64,000 bases of DNA from an uncultured Gammaproteobacteria bacterium (lineage in GTDB: Bacteria; Patescibacteriota; Microgenomatia; Daviesbacterales; UBA10151), in NCBI GenBank assembly GCA_964405655.1, contig CAYOOO010000003.1, positions 11,758 through 75,757 of the forward strand, read 5' to 3'. Positions 19,234-28,656 of the stretch are shown one piece after another (the first letter of the stretch is position 1; each line of letters starts with the position of its first letter). The translations under genes were made by a program, and so were the position numbers. A model generated the notes under the pieces. That model saw nothing but the letters and a program-made list of their open reading frames with translations. It was not told where the DNA came from and did not search any database.

Positions 19234-19281
19234 ATTAAACTTTTATTAAATTTGAGAGGTCTGAAGGCAGAATCGTAAAGT

Positions 19282-19310
19282 ATTTTACGAATCTTAGCAG
19301 TTGTTGTCAA
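19282..19310 (-). promoter_or_regulatory. Sigma-70-type promoter of groES-groEL (TTGACA-N17-TAAAAT on the - strand)
   Basis: -35 TTGACA is the complement of 19305-19310, -10 TAAAAT the complement of 19282-19287, with a 17-nt spacer. Confidence 0.55.
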
Positions 19311-19320
19311 GACCTGCTAA
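19294..19320. promoter_or_regulatory. CIRCE-like HrcA operator (TTAGCAGTT-N9-ACCTGCTAA) overlapping the groESL promoter
   Basis: 9-nt arms with 8/9 complementarity and a 9-nt spacer, consensus TTAGCACTC-N9-GAGTGCTAA. Overlaps the -35 and spacer. Confidence 0.6.
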
Positions 19321-19415
19321 CTATTTGGACAAATTTGGACATAACTTACTTTTGTTATGGAGTCGGCATTGCCAAATTGTCCATCAATAGCTCAAGTTGT
19401 TAAAATAGTGATCAT

Positions 19416-21641
19416 TTATTTACTGTTTTTATTTTGATCCTCTGGTTCTGGAGTTTTCTCAACTGGTAAACCTTCAATGCTAGCTGGCTTGGGATTTTTA
19501 TCTTGATCAGGATATAGTTGAACTACCTCTTCACCCAAAATATTTTTCTCAGGATTTGAACTTCCTGCTTCTTCTGGTGGAATTTCAGCTTGAGCCTCCA
19601 TAGTTTTAGGCTTCTCCTCCTGTTTAGTCTCAACATAAACTGTTTGCTCTTCCTCTTCCTCAGCTTGCATAATCTCCTGCACGACTTGTTTAGCTGCCTC
19701 CAGTTTAGCCTTTAAGTAGGCAATAATTTCATCCTTGGAAAATCCTCCCAGTAGTAAGAATGGCAAGATCTTGGAGACCATTTCTTTGCCAAGTCTCACT
19801 TTTTCTGGATCACCAGAGAGAAGTAGGTCGATAGCTTTTGGTATTTGCTTAATTTCTTCAAGCAGCCATTCTCTTCTGCTTCTGGGCCTGCCATCAGGCC
19901 CCAAGGGAGGCTCAAGTCGTTGGTAGTTTTCCTGCCAAGTCTTTTTAATTTCTTCATAGTCTTCTAAGCTGACTTTTTGAACCTGATTCTGCTCTGGTAA
20001 CTCTTCCTGATCAGCCTTCGTGGCTTTGACAATCGTTTGGGCTACGGCATTACCTCTATTTGCCTCCTGCATAACTTTAGTCATAATCGAGGCAAATTCT
20101 TCTTTTTCAGCTGGGGAGGCAAGCGGGCTTGCCCCAGTCAGTCTTTTAAGTGACTCATTTAATCGATGTATCTCTTCCTGACCAGTAGCTGAGTGGGATA
20201 GCAGAGCAGTTTCGAAACGGGAGATGTCTTGAATAGTCGGTATGGAAAGATTGGCCAAATCTAAAACTTTTGAGGCTGTTTGCTGACTTTCGATATTACC
20301 AATCAAATTAGGTTTACTAAAAGGTAGACTTCTGGCTAAACCTAAATCTTTAGGTAGCTCTAAAGCCCTAGAGGCAGCTGCCCCTTTAGAAGGAGGCAAA
20401 GGTGGGATTGGTGGTGGGGTAAAGACTGGCGGGAAAGGTGGTGGCTTAGGCAAGGAAGACCTGGGAGGCGGTGGAGAAGTTGAAGGTTGAGGTTTACTGG
20501 CATTAAGAATATACCTGACTAAACGGTTCTCAGGTAAATTGATATTGTTAAAGTAATCCAAAAAGATCTTAAGTAAGATAAAGGGCATAATAATAACCAT
20601 CCAAAGCATCAGCAGTGCAATCACATATTGGATAAATGAATCAGGTAGATTTAAGTTATTGTGGAATTTAATATCCTGACAGGGACCGCCCAAAAGAATA
20701 TTAATTGAGGTTGGATACTCATTTTTTGTCTTATCAACTTCATTTTTACATGGCAAGTTAGGAGTGCTAATAGGAATATAGAGCTGCCACATAGTCACAA
20801 GCCCTGCCAAAAAGACTGCAAAGAGTGGCCCGTATAAAAGCCAGCGGAAAAACTCACCTATCCAAATCTTAGCGCTGTTTCGAAGTGGCGAAAAAAGAAT
20901 TAGTAGGGGAAAAATAGGAGAAACTACCAAGAAAAACCAGAGGATGACTTTTCTCATGATCAATATAGCAAACATCACGTAATAAGTTGCGGCTGTTAAC
21001 TTAACTAAAAGCAGCGAAACTATTGCTGATTCGTCGTAAACATCACCAAATCTTCTATAACCAATAAAGTTTTTATAATCAAAAGCTACATTAAGTAGAT
21101 CTCTTGATGAGATCGGATTACCATCGGGTTTAATAAGAAAAAATCTTTGAACAATATCAAATATCAGATAGATAAATTGGATCAGGTAAAAAGACAAGGT
21201 TACTAGCACAATTGCTAAAACAAAACGGGGTATAAACTTTTTGACTGTTAAAGATGATCCCCGGCTGACAATCAAAAGAAAGGCTCCTGCTAAAATAAAT
21301 AGAGCCAAAATAGCATAAACAATCGTCCTGACTGTTTTCCAAATATTAGAAAACGGATTGTCCTTACCTTGATCAACAAAAGACCAGCCGTAGTTAGCAA
21401 CAACCCAATTCAGAAGGTCTGCGGAACGGGCGGCCAGTTTACCAGCATAGGTAACTTCCTTATCTAAAACCCAATCCCCTGATCCCTCATCATAATCATC
21501 ATCCGAGGTGGTTGTATTGTTTGTTGTATTGTTGGTGGTATTATTAGCACCCCAAGCAGTATGAACCGCTCCTCCCAAACCCAACAGGGGTAACAATGTT
21601 ACAGAAAAGATAACAAGAAAAATTAAATATCTTTTAAACAT
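19416..21641 (-). CDS. VirB6/TrbL-like polytopic membrane protein (type IV secretion-like), with Pro-rich and acidic C-terminal regions
   Basis: Signal peptide, N-rich extracellular segment, 6 or more TM helices, PPPP linker (SPPPPRSSLPKPPPFPPVFTPPPIPPLPP), long charged C-terminus. Immediately downstream of the pilin-like genes. Confidence 0.5.
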   Translation of the reverse strand: MFKRYLIFLVIFSVTLLPLLGLGGAVHTAWGANNTTNNTTNNTTTSDDDYDEGSGDWVLDKEVTYAGKLAARSADLLNWVVANYGWSFVDQGKDNPFSNIWKTVRTIVYAILALFILAGAFLLIVSRGSSLTVKKFIPRFVLAIVLVTLSFYLIQFIYLIFDIVQRFFLIKPDGNPISSRDLLNVAFDYKNFIGYRRFGDVYDESAIVSLLLVKLTAATYYVMFAILIMRKVILWFFLVVSPIFPLLILFSPLRNSAKIWIGEFFRWLLYGPLFAVFLAGLVTMWQLYIPISTPNLPCKNEVDKTKNEYPTSINILLGGPCQDIKFHNNLNLPDSFIQYVIALLMLWMVIIMPFILLKIFLDYFNNINLPENRLVRYILNASKPQPSTSPPPPRSSLPKPPPFPPVFTPPPIPPLPPSKGAAASRALELPKDLGLARSLPFSKPNLIGNIESQQTASKVLDLANLSIPTIQDISRFETALLSHSATGQEEIHRLNESLKRLTGASPLASPAEKEEFASIMTKVMQEANRGNAVAQTIVKATKADQEELPEQNQVQKVSLEDYEEIKKTWQENYQRLEPPLGPDGRPRSRREWLLEEIKQIPKAIDLLLSGDPEKVRLGKEMVSKILPFLLLGGFSKDEIIAYLKAKLEAAKQVVQEIMQAEEEEEQTVYVETKQEEKPKTMEAQAEIPPEEAGSSNPEKNILGEEVVQLYPDQDKNPKPASIEGLPVEKTPEPEDQNKNSK

Positions 21642-21646
21642 TACGC

Positions 21647-22030
21647 CTACTTAAATCCCGGCAGCTTAACTACATCAACTGCCACTATCCGATAGATGGC
21701 AAAGCCTGAAACCGCCATGATAATACCGATAATAGCTGAGATAATATAGCTTCGACCTCTGGCAAGCTGAGTTGAGTCCCCTTTTGAAGTAAGTATTAAG
21801 TAGCCACCATAGATAATAAAAAATAAAGCTACAGTACCAATAAATCCCAGACCAATTCCATAAATAGTACTGGTAAAACCAAATGGGTCTTGGGGAATAC
21901 AACCAAGCTCGGTGGGTGCACAAGTAGGAGATGGATTAGGACTTGGGCTCTCAGCCAGAATAGACTGTGGAGTTAAAAAGATAACTAAAATAATTACAAA
22001 TTTTAAGTATTTGAGCAGGAATTTATTCAT
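21647..22030 (-). CDS. VirB2/TrbC-like pilin-type small membrane protein (paralog 1)
   Basis: Signal peptide + two TM helices separated by a short basic loop (LTSKGDSTQLARGRS). Cys pair in the N-region. Confidence 0.5.
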   Translation of the reverse strand: MNKFLLKYLKFVIILVIFLTPQSILAESPSPNPSPTCAPTELGCIPQDPFGFTSTIYGIGLGFIGTVALFFIIYGGYLILTSKGDSTQLARGRSYIISAIIGIIMAVSGFAIYRIVAVDVVKLPGFK

Positions 22031-22036
22031 TTTAAA

Positions 22037-22441
22037 TTAACAACCAGTTAATCCTAAGATTGTGCAATCTATATTGGCAATCTTAGCAACTATTTTAATT
22101 AGGAAAAAAGCCAGTAAAATAATTACTAGCCCGACAATTGCAAAGGTCATGGTTTTTCTGGCATCCCTGACCCTATCCTGATCTCCCCCGGAGGTTAAGA
22201 ATTTAATTCCTGAGAAGGTAATAAAAAAAACTGTCACTACTGCTGAAAAACCTAAGATAAAACCGTTGATGTTGTTTAAAAAAACTGGGATACACTTTAG
22301 GGTAGCAATGCCCTGATTATCAATGCAGCCTTGTAATAAACCCTCATCAGCGGAGACATGTTTATAAAGATTGAAATAAGCTAGCAGCGATATTAAAAAG
22401 AGTAGGCTCTTTTTTCTCAAATTAATGAGTTCTAGGGGCAT
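22037..22441 (-). CDS. VirB2/TrbC-like pilin-type small membrane protein (paralog 2)
   Basis: Same architecture; loop FLTSGGDQDRVRDARKT. Confidence 0.5.
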   Translation of the reverse strand: MPLELINLRKKSLLFLISLLAYFNLYKHVSADEGLLQGCIDNQGIATLKCIPVFLNNINGFILGFSAVVTVFFITFSGIKFLTSGGDQDRVRDARKTMTFAIVGLVIILLAFFLIKIVAKIANIDCTILGLTGC

Positions 22442-22522
22442 ATAGAATTAGGGTATCACATATTTGGTTTTTTCGACATAACTTGGGTAATCAATTAAAT
22501 CTAGTGTAGAAGAGTCTAAAAA

Positions 22523-22954
22523 CTATGGTTTGACGTTTTTGAGGGTTGGCAACTTAAAACCCTCTTTAAGCGGATTATCAGCTCCTAATATGTTAAAAAC
22601 CACATTTAAAATAAAAAAGGTTCCAGCCACCACCACTAATCCAATTACAGCTGAGATTACGTGTTTGCGGGCTGACTCGACAGCGACTTTATCCCCCCTT
22701 GAGGTCATCCATCTAATTCCTCCATACATCAAATAAACTACAGCCAAAAAGATGGCTAGGGCAAAGATTAGGTTAACAATCAATTGAGGAATAGCTTCAG
22801 CATCAACATCTGCACCAACTGATCCTTTTGGAGGACCAAAGTTAGCCCCGCTGCCTTGAGCAAAAGTTGAGGTAGTCACAAGAAGAAAGGTGGCTTCGGT
22901 TAAGAGAAACGCGGTTCCTTTTTTAACTAAACTAGATATTCTGGGCATTACCAT
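22523..22954 (-). CDS. VirB2/TrbC-like pilin-type small membrane protein (paralog 3)
   Basis: Same architecture; loop WMTSRGDKVAVESARKH. Confidence 0.5.
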   Translation of the reverse strand: MVMPRISSLVKKGTAFLLTEATFLLVTTSTFAQGSGANFGPPKGSVGADVDAEAIPQLIVNLIFALAIFLAVVYLMYGGIRWMTSRGDKVAVESARKHVISAVIGLVVVAGTFFILNVVFNILGADNPLKEGFKLPTLKNVKP

Positions 22955-23079
22955 TTATGTCATCACACTTTCAATTTTTTGTCAATAGATCTTGGCTTTC
23001 TGGACAGATGTAAAACTGCTATATTGGAAGTACTACCAGAAAGCCATCACAAGTAGAGTACTCAAAAATATTTAAAATT

Positions 23080-24501
23080 ATGGGAACCAATAAGCTCCAT
23101 CGTGGACAATTCGGCTATAGAAACTACTGCAACAGAAATAGTTATGACCGAATTAGTCCAAAAGAAAAAGGCTATATAGAGTTTATCCTAATCTTACTTT
23201 TAGCTTTAGTAGTCCTCGCTCTCTGGCCAATCAAGTTTTCTAACCAGTCCACTAGCACCAATGACACCTCAACTCTAGCTAATCCTTGCAATCAAAACAG
23301 TGCCAGCCAATCAGCCAATATCCTTGCTCCGCCTTACCCTACCAAGGATAACGAAGACTCAGAAGGAGCTGATAGAGTATACAAACCTGTCCGTTTAAAT
23401 GTTCCAGTCAATATTCAGTTTTATAATACTGATAGACATTTTATAGTTAAACAACCAAATAGGACTATTAATGGTAAAAGTTATGATGTTTACTATCCTA
23501 ATAAACCCAACGGAGCAGGAGAAATCCGTTGGCCTCAAGGGATTGTCAGCAAGTACAGACATCCGGGTGATAAAAGAGATCTTCTTTACTTTACTGACTT
23601 TCATCTAATCTTTTTAGTCCAACTTAAAAATGGCCAACCAATTATCATGACTGGACCGGATGATAGAAACAGACAAGCAACTTTTTACCTGACTGATATC
23701 TATCAAGACAGCGGGGAATCGAATGTTCTACCTACTGATGCCTTTGGTTGTAAAAGTTCTAGTTCGGTTGACCCGAGTGAAGACGGAAATCAATCCAGAA
23801 TTATTTTCCCCAATCAAGGTAAAAGCCAAGATCAGAAACAACTTCAGCTTGAATACTTTGTTTTAGATAATGCCAGTAGTTCAGGAGCTATTATCTCTGG
23901 AGGTGGTTGGAGTCCTTTATGTAAACCTGCAATTTACTTGTATCCTCAGCAAAAACAGAGGGTTAATGTTAGGGTCAAAACTTTAGGTTACTTAACTTAT
24001 ACTGATCCAATTTATCCAAAAGAAACAGGCTGGATCGCAACTGCTTACCCAGATGGCAAAATAGAAACCAATCAAAAAACTTACCCTTATTTATATTATG
24101 AATCTAAAGTTGAGGATAAGTTTATTAAAAAACCTGATCAAGGGTTTGTAGTCAAATTTGATAAATTAGCAGAAACTTTTGATTTTCTCTTACCCAAACT
24201 TGGATTAGATCCAAACCAAACTAAGGACTTTAAGGATTACTGGACTAAAGCTTTAGCTTATTCTCCTTACTATTTTGTTGGTGTCATGAGTCAAAATGAG
24301 GTAGATCAAATTGAACCGCTTGAGGTTTCTCCAAAACCAGACACTGTTATTAGAGTCAGGTTGTACTTTCAAGCTTTAGATAGCCAAATTCAAGTAAGCC
24401 TGCCAATTTTAATCACTCCTCAAAAAAGTGGATTTAGTCTAGTAGAATGGGGCGGGCTAGTTAAAACTGACTCTCTTTCTCCTTTTACCTGCTCTCAGTA
24501 G
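23080..24501 (+). CDS. Hypothetical membrane-anchored extracellular protein (473 aa)
   Basis: N-terminal TM anchor (IEFILILLLALVVLALW), otherwise hydrophilic with no recognizable motifs. Opposite strand, embedded among the pilin-like genes. Confidence 0.45.
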   Translation: MGTNKLHRGQFGYRNYCNRNSYDRISPKEKGYIEFILILLLALVVLALWPIKFSNQSTSTNDTSTLANPCNQNSASQSANILAPPYPTKDNEDSEGADRVYKPVRLNVPVNIQFYNTDRHFIVKQPNRTINGKSYDVYYPNKPNGAGEIRWPQGIVSKYRHPGDKRDLLYFTDFHLIFLVQLKNGQPIIMTGPDDRNRQATFYLTDIYQDSGESNVLPTDAFGCKSSSSVDPSEDGNQSRIIFPNQGKSQDQKQLQLEYFVLDNASSSGAIISGGGWSPLCKPAIYLYPQQKQRVNVRVKTLGYLTYTDPIYPKETGWIATAYPDGKIETNQKTYPYLYYESKVEDKFIKKPDQGFVVKFDKLAETFDFLLPKLGLDPNQTKDFKDYWTKALAYSPYYFVGVMSQNEVDQIEPLEVSPKPDTVIRVRLYFQALDSQIQVSLPILITPQKSGFSLVEWGGLVKTDSLSPFTCSQ

Positions 24502-24505
24502 TAAA

Positions 24506-24865
24506 TTACTTTTTAATCTTGAGAAGATCTGAAGGTTTTCCGCCAGTTACTTTAATAACTAATGAAACAATGGCAAATGCTCCAACTACCAGAATTAATC
24601 CTAAGATTGAATACATCAGTCTCTTTCTAGCTTTTTGTAGTTTATCGCTATCCCCGCCTGAAGTAATCATCTGAATACCTGAGACCATCATCATAACTAC
24701 TATCAAAACAATTGCTCCTAAAAAAAGGAGGTTATAACCAGTCAGTAAAACTGGTAAACCACTAGTATTTATATCCCCTGTTAACTGGCTGGGTAACCCA
24801 GAAGGAGGAGGTAATTCTTGAGTTCCGCCAGATGAGGTAGGAATTTGCAGAGCCAAGTTATTCAT
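24506..24865 (-). CDS. VirB2/TrbC-like pilin-type small membrane protein (paralog 4)
   Basis: Two TM helices with loop MITSGGDSDKLQKARKR. Start 2 nt after the clpC-like stop. Confidence 0.5.
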   Translation of the reverse strand: MNNLALQIPTSSGGTQELPPPSGLPSQLTGDINTSGLPVLLTGYNLLFLGAIVLIVVMMMVSGIQMITSGGDSDKLQKARKRLMYSILGLILVVGAFAIVSLVIKVTGGKPSDLLKIKK

Positions 24866-24866
24866 G

Positions 24867-27668
24867 CTAGTCAGTTGAGGATACAGTGCTATTGTTAATC
24901 ATGACTGTGGGATCTCCTAAAGGCTGAATACCGCCAGATTCAGGATCAGCTGGGGCTGAAGAAGAAGCTAGCGACGGTTGCTGTCCACCAAAGTTTGGCT
25001 GAGTAGGAGTTTGAGGATTAGTAGACGCAGTCATCATTGAAGATGGAGTATTTGATTGATTTTCAGCCGGCTTGGCTGGTTGTGCAGAAGCGTGAACAGC
25101 AACTGGGTTGTGCATTCTATTGGTAGAAAAGCTCTGCTTATTAAAGGTGAACTTATCTTGGGTTGGATTATAGTCAACAATGACTGTATCCGAAGCGACA
25201 ATGCTTTTGTTGATTAGATAAATCGCAATTGGGTTCTCTATAACTCTTTGGATTAACCTTCTTAAGGGCCTGGCTCCGTAAACTGGATCATAACCCTCTT
25301 TAGCCAGTTGATTAAGGGCAGTTTGAGAGATCTGTAGCCCTACCTGCTGCTCTTTAAGCATCTTCCTAGTATTTTCAATACCAAGCTTGGCAATTTGGGT
25401 CATATGTTGTTGGGTTAGTGGCTCAAAGATGACTATCTCATCGAAACGGTTTAAAAACTCTGGCCTAAAGTGTTTATTTAACTCATCTAAAACCAGCTTA
25501 GATAACTTCCTAAAGTTGTTATCATCCTCAGTTGAATCAGTTGGTGAAGCCATAAATTGAGCTGGGATACCATCATCTTTTTTCGCCTGAACTTCGTTTG
25601 ATGGGTTAGGTTTGTCTGCTGCGGCAACTCCCATATAATAGCCTGGAGTTTGCTCTTTGGCAGCTTCAACTTTTTTATCTTCAGCAGTAGTTGATTTGGC
25701 ATTTTTAGCAGCTTGAGATTGGATTATGAAATCCCTAATTAAATTACTACCAACATTAGAAGTTGCTATCACAATGGTGTTTTTAAAAGAGACTGTATTG
25801 CCTTTATTATCAGTTAACCTGCCATCCTCCAGAAGCTGGAGCATAATATTAAAAACATCTGGATGAGCTTTCTCAATCTCATCTAAAAGTACAATTGAAT
25901 AAGGTTTTTTCCTGACTGCCTCGGTCAACTGACCTCCCTCCTCATAACCAACATAACCAGGTGGTGCGCCAATTAGTTTGGCCACCTCATGCTTTTCCAT
26001 ATATTCAGACATATCCAGTCTGATCATAGAAGTTTGAGCACCAAACATAATTTCTGCCAAAATTTTAGCAATCTCGGTTTTACCGGTTCCAGTTGGGCCT
26101 AGAAAGATAAAGGAGGCAATCGGTCGATTGAGATTAGCCAAACCAATTCTACCTCTTCTGACTGCCTCAGCCACAGCCTTGACAGCCCGGTCGTGATCAA
26201 TATATTTTTTATGAATTAGCTCCTCCAGATGCAGCAGCTTATCAGACTCTTTTTCAGTCAATTTAGCAATCGGGATGCCTGTTTGAGCAGAAACAATATT
26301 TTGGATATCAGCTTCCTTGATAGTAGAATCCTGTCTTTTGCCATTAGCTTGTTGGAGCCTTATTTCAGAGGCTGACTCGTCTAAAAGATCGATGGCCTTA
26401 TCCGGTAAAAACCTCTCGCCAATGTACCTTTTCGATAACTTGACTGCTGCTATCAAACTCTCCGGGGCAAAGGTCACCCGGTGAAACTTTTCATACTTGG
26501 GCTGAAGAATCTTCAGCATCTCAATCGCTAGCTGCTCATTTGGCTCCTCAGCTACAACTGGCTGGAATCTTCTTTGAAAAGCCTTATCTTTTTCCAAATA
26601 TCTTCGATACTCAGCCGTAGTAGTTGCACCAATGACTTGAATCTGCCCTCTGGCCAAGTATGGTTTTAAGATGTTTGAGGCATCTAGTGCACCACCTGTT
26701 TCACCTGCTCCAATAATAGTGTGTATTTCGTCAATAAACAGGATTATTTGGCCATTTGAAGCCATTGTCTCTTTAATAACCTGTTGTAATCTTTCCTCAA
26801 ACTCACCTCGATGTGAGGCACCGGCGACCAGTGAGGAAACTTCTAGTTGAATGATTTTTCGATTTTGTAGCTCAGAAGGAACTCTTTTTTGAATAATCAT
26901 CTGAGCTAACCCCTCAACTATAGCGGTCTTTCCAGTCCCAGCCTCACCAATAATAACCGGATTATTCTTGGTTCGTCTAAGCAGAATATGAACCATCCGG
27001 CGCATCTCAATATCCCGCCCGGCAACCGGATCTAACTTACCCTGAGCAGCTGCCTCAGTCAAATCTATCCCAAACTGCTTTAAAGCACTCTTCTTGCCGC
27101 TTTGAAACTCAGTGTTTTTAGAAAACTTTTCTTCTACTTTAGATTTATCTAAACCCTTGGCTTTAAGAGCCTCACTGGCTGTTGAGCTGGCTGAAAAAAG
27201 AGCCAAAAGCATATCTTCAGGTGTGACAAAATCCACTCCCCTACCTTTAGCACTACTGTAGGCAGACTCTAAAATCTGCTTGGAGGTCTCAGACAAGGTT
27301 GGATCAGCGCTAAAATTGCCTGGTTGCTGTTTGGCTTGAAGCTCACGGGTTAAATTGGCCACATCGACTGAAAACTCTTGTAAAGTATTAAAAATTTCCC
27401 GATCAGATATTAAGGCCAGTAAGAGCTGGTCTGGTTCAATAAAAGCCGCTCTTAACTTCTTTGCCTCCTCATAAGCTTGGGTGATGATCTGGGTAGCCCT
27501 GGCATCAAGATGAGAAAGCGCATTAATATCATGTTTTAAAATTGGATTAATATTCGAGTTAACCAAATTTTGAGCTTGTTTATCTGAAGATTTTTCAGAG
27601 GACTGATCTTTTTCGGACGTTACAGTTTGGTTAGTTTTAGCTGGAAATAGACTATCAAATAATGACAT
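24867..27668 (-). CDS. clpC: ClpC/ClpB-family AAA+ chaperone ATPase (two NBDs, Clp N-domain), with an unusual insertion in NBD2 and a low-complexity C-terminal tail
   Basis: Clp_N repeats, Walker A GEAGTGKTAIVEGLA (NBD1) and GPTGTGKTEIAKILA (NBD2), GYVGYEEGG, short middle domain. About 80-aa insertion (QAAKNAKSTTAEDKK...NFRKLSK) and about 110-aa Q/P/S/T-rich tail. Confidence 0.85.
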   Translation of the reverse strand: MSLFDSLFPAKTNQTVTSEKDQSSEKSSDKQAQNLVNSNINPILKHDINALSHLDARATQIITQAYEEAKKLRAAFIEPDQLLLALISDREIFNTLQEFSVDVANLTRELQAKQQPGNFSADPTLSETSKQILESAYSSAKGRGVDFVTPEDMLLALFSASSTASEALKAKGLDKSKVEEKFSKNTEFQSGKKSALKQFGIDLTEAAAQGKLDPVAGRDIEMRRMVHILLRRTKNNPVIIGEAGTGKTAIVEGLAQMIIQKRVPSELQNRKIIQLEVSSLVAGASHRGEFEERLQQVIKETMASNGQIILFIDEIHTIIGAGETGGALDASNILKPYLARGQIQVIGATTTAEYRRYLEKDKAFQRRFQPVVAEEPNEQLAIEMLKILQPKYEKFHRVTFAPESLIAAVKLSKRYIGERFLPDKAIDLLDESASEIRLQQANGKRQDSTIKEADIQNIVSAQTGIPIAKLTEKESDKLLHLEELIHKKYIDHDRAVKAVAEAVRRGRIGLANLNRPIASFIFLGPTGTGKTEIAKILAEIMFGAQTSMIRLDMSEYMEKHEVAKLIGAPPGYVGYEEGGQLTEAVRKKPYSIVLLDEIEKAHPDVFNIMLQLLEDGRLTDNKGNTVSFKNTIVIATSNVGSNLIRDFIIQSQAAKNAKSTTAEDKKVEAAKEQTPGYYMGVAAADKPNPSNEVQAKKDDGIPAQFMASPTDSTEDDNNFRKLSKLVLDELNKHFRPEFLNRFDEIVIFEPLTQQHMTQIAKLGIENTRKMLKEQQVGLQISQTALNQLAKEGYDPVYGARPLRRLIQRVIENPIAIYLINKSIVASDTVIVDYNPTQDKFTFNKQSFSTNRMHNPVAVHASAQPAKPAENQSNTPSSMMTASTNPQTPTQPNFGGQQPSLASSSAPADPESGGIQPLGDPTVMINNSTVSSTD

Positions 27669-27747
27669 AGGCAGATGTTTTTTCTTTCAACTTTAACTCC
27701 ATTCTACATAAGTTTTGAGCAAAAAGGCAATCTAGTAAGCCTAAATG

Positions 27748-28626
27748 CTATACTATTTTTTCTAAGCGGCATCTTTGCAAATATTCTTGTAGTATAAAAG
27801 GACGGTAATCTTGAGGGTGCAAATAAAGAGCATTGTTTGAGATTTTTTCTAAACCTTTAGGTTTTCCCATATGTGAAAGTTGGAGTTTTTTAAATATCTT
27901 TTCAATGGGGTTAATAAAATTTTTACTATTAAAATCCCAAAATTTTCTTTTATTTTTAGTTTTACTACTGAAACTTTGAACAGTTGACCAGTTTGGTAAA
28001 AAATTAAAAGCCCAAGAGTTTTCTTCTAGGTACTTTTTATACATATCATCTTTTTGCCATAAGACCTTCATCTGAAGAACTTCATGCGCAAGATAGATAT
28101 CTTTGTTAGATTGGCCTAAACTATCTTCTTCGAGTAATAAATTAACACAAATTTTTTGAGCAATTTTTCTACCCTTCTCCCCCTTTTTACGTCTGATTCT
28201 TAGGATATCCAGTAAACCTAAGATCATTAACCTGGATGTCCAAAGTCGATTCTTAGCAGTGATTATAAAAAAGTCGATATCATCATTTTTACTGGCATTA
28301 TCCATTGCCAGATTTCCTGAAATTCCAACCAGTTTTATCCAAGGGATAATTTTTAAAAGTTTTGCAACCTTCTCAGCCTTTTTAAGAAGTGAATTTGAAA
28401 AATGCTGTCTATTGATTCTTTTTTCAACTAGCCTTTTTTTATCTGGTAGAAAGTAATATCCAGATCTAGTTTTAACTTTTCCTTTTTTTATTAGAATTAG
28501 CAGGCCTTTTTCAACTTGCCTTAAAGTGAGCTTCTGACCAATTAACCATTTATGAATCTCCCAAGCCTTTAAAGGATAATCAAACAAACTTGAGTAAATT
28601 AAAGTTTTCAAGATCGCTTTTTCCAC
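27748..28626 (-). CDS. Putative winged-helix + minimal nucleotidyltransferase-fold protein
   Basis: GISGNLAMDNASKNDDIDFFIIT resembles the hG[GS]...DxD NTase motif. N-terminal region is wHTH-like. Confidence 0.4.
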   Translation of the reverse strand: MEKAILKTLIYSSLFDYPLKAWEIHKWLIGQKLTLRQVEKGLLILIKKGKVKTRSGYYFLPDKKRLVEKRINRQHFSNSLLKKAEKVAKLLKIIPWIKLVGISGNLAMDNASKNDDIDFFIITAKNRLWTSRLMILGLLDILRIRRKKGEKGRKIAQKICVNLLLEEDSLGQSNKDIYLAHEVLQMKVLWQKDDMYKKYLEENSWAFNFLPNWSTVQSFSSKTKNKRKFWDFNSKNFINPIEKIFKKLQLSHMGKPKGLEKISNNALYLHPQDYRPFILQEYLQRCRLEKIV

Positions 28627-28656
28627 AAGGGTAATTTATCATATAATGGGCAAGCT

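Noticed and set aside
21157-21923. ORFs 21157-21342(-) and 21675-21923(-) in alternative frames
   Set aside because: Overlap the VirB6-like and pilin-like CDSs in other frames. Tyr/Trp/Cys-rich nonsense translations.
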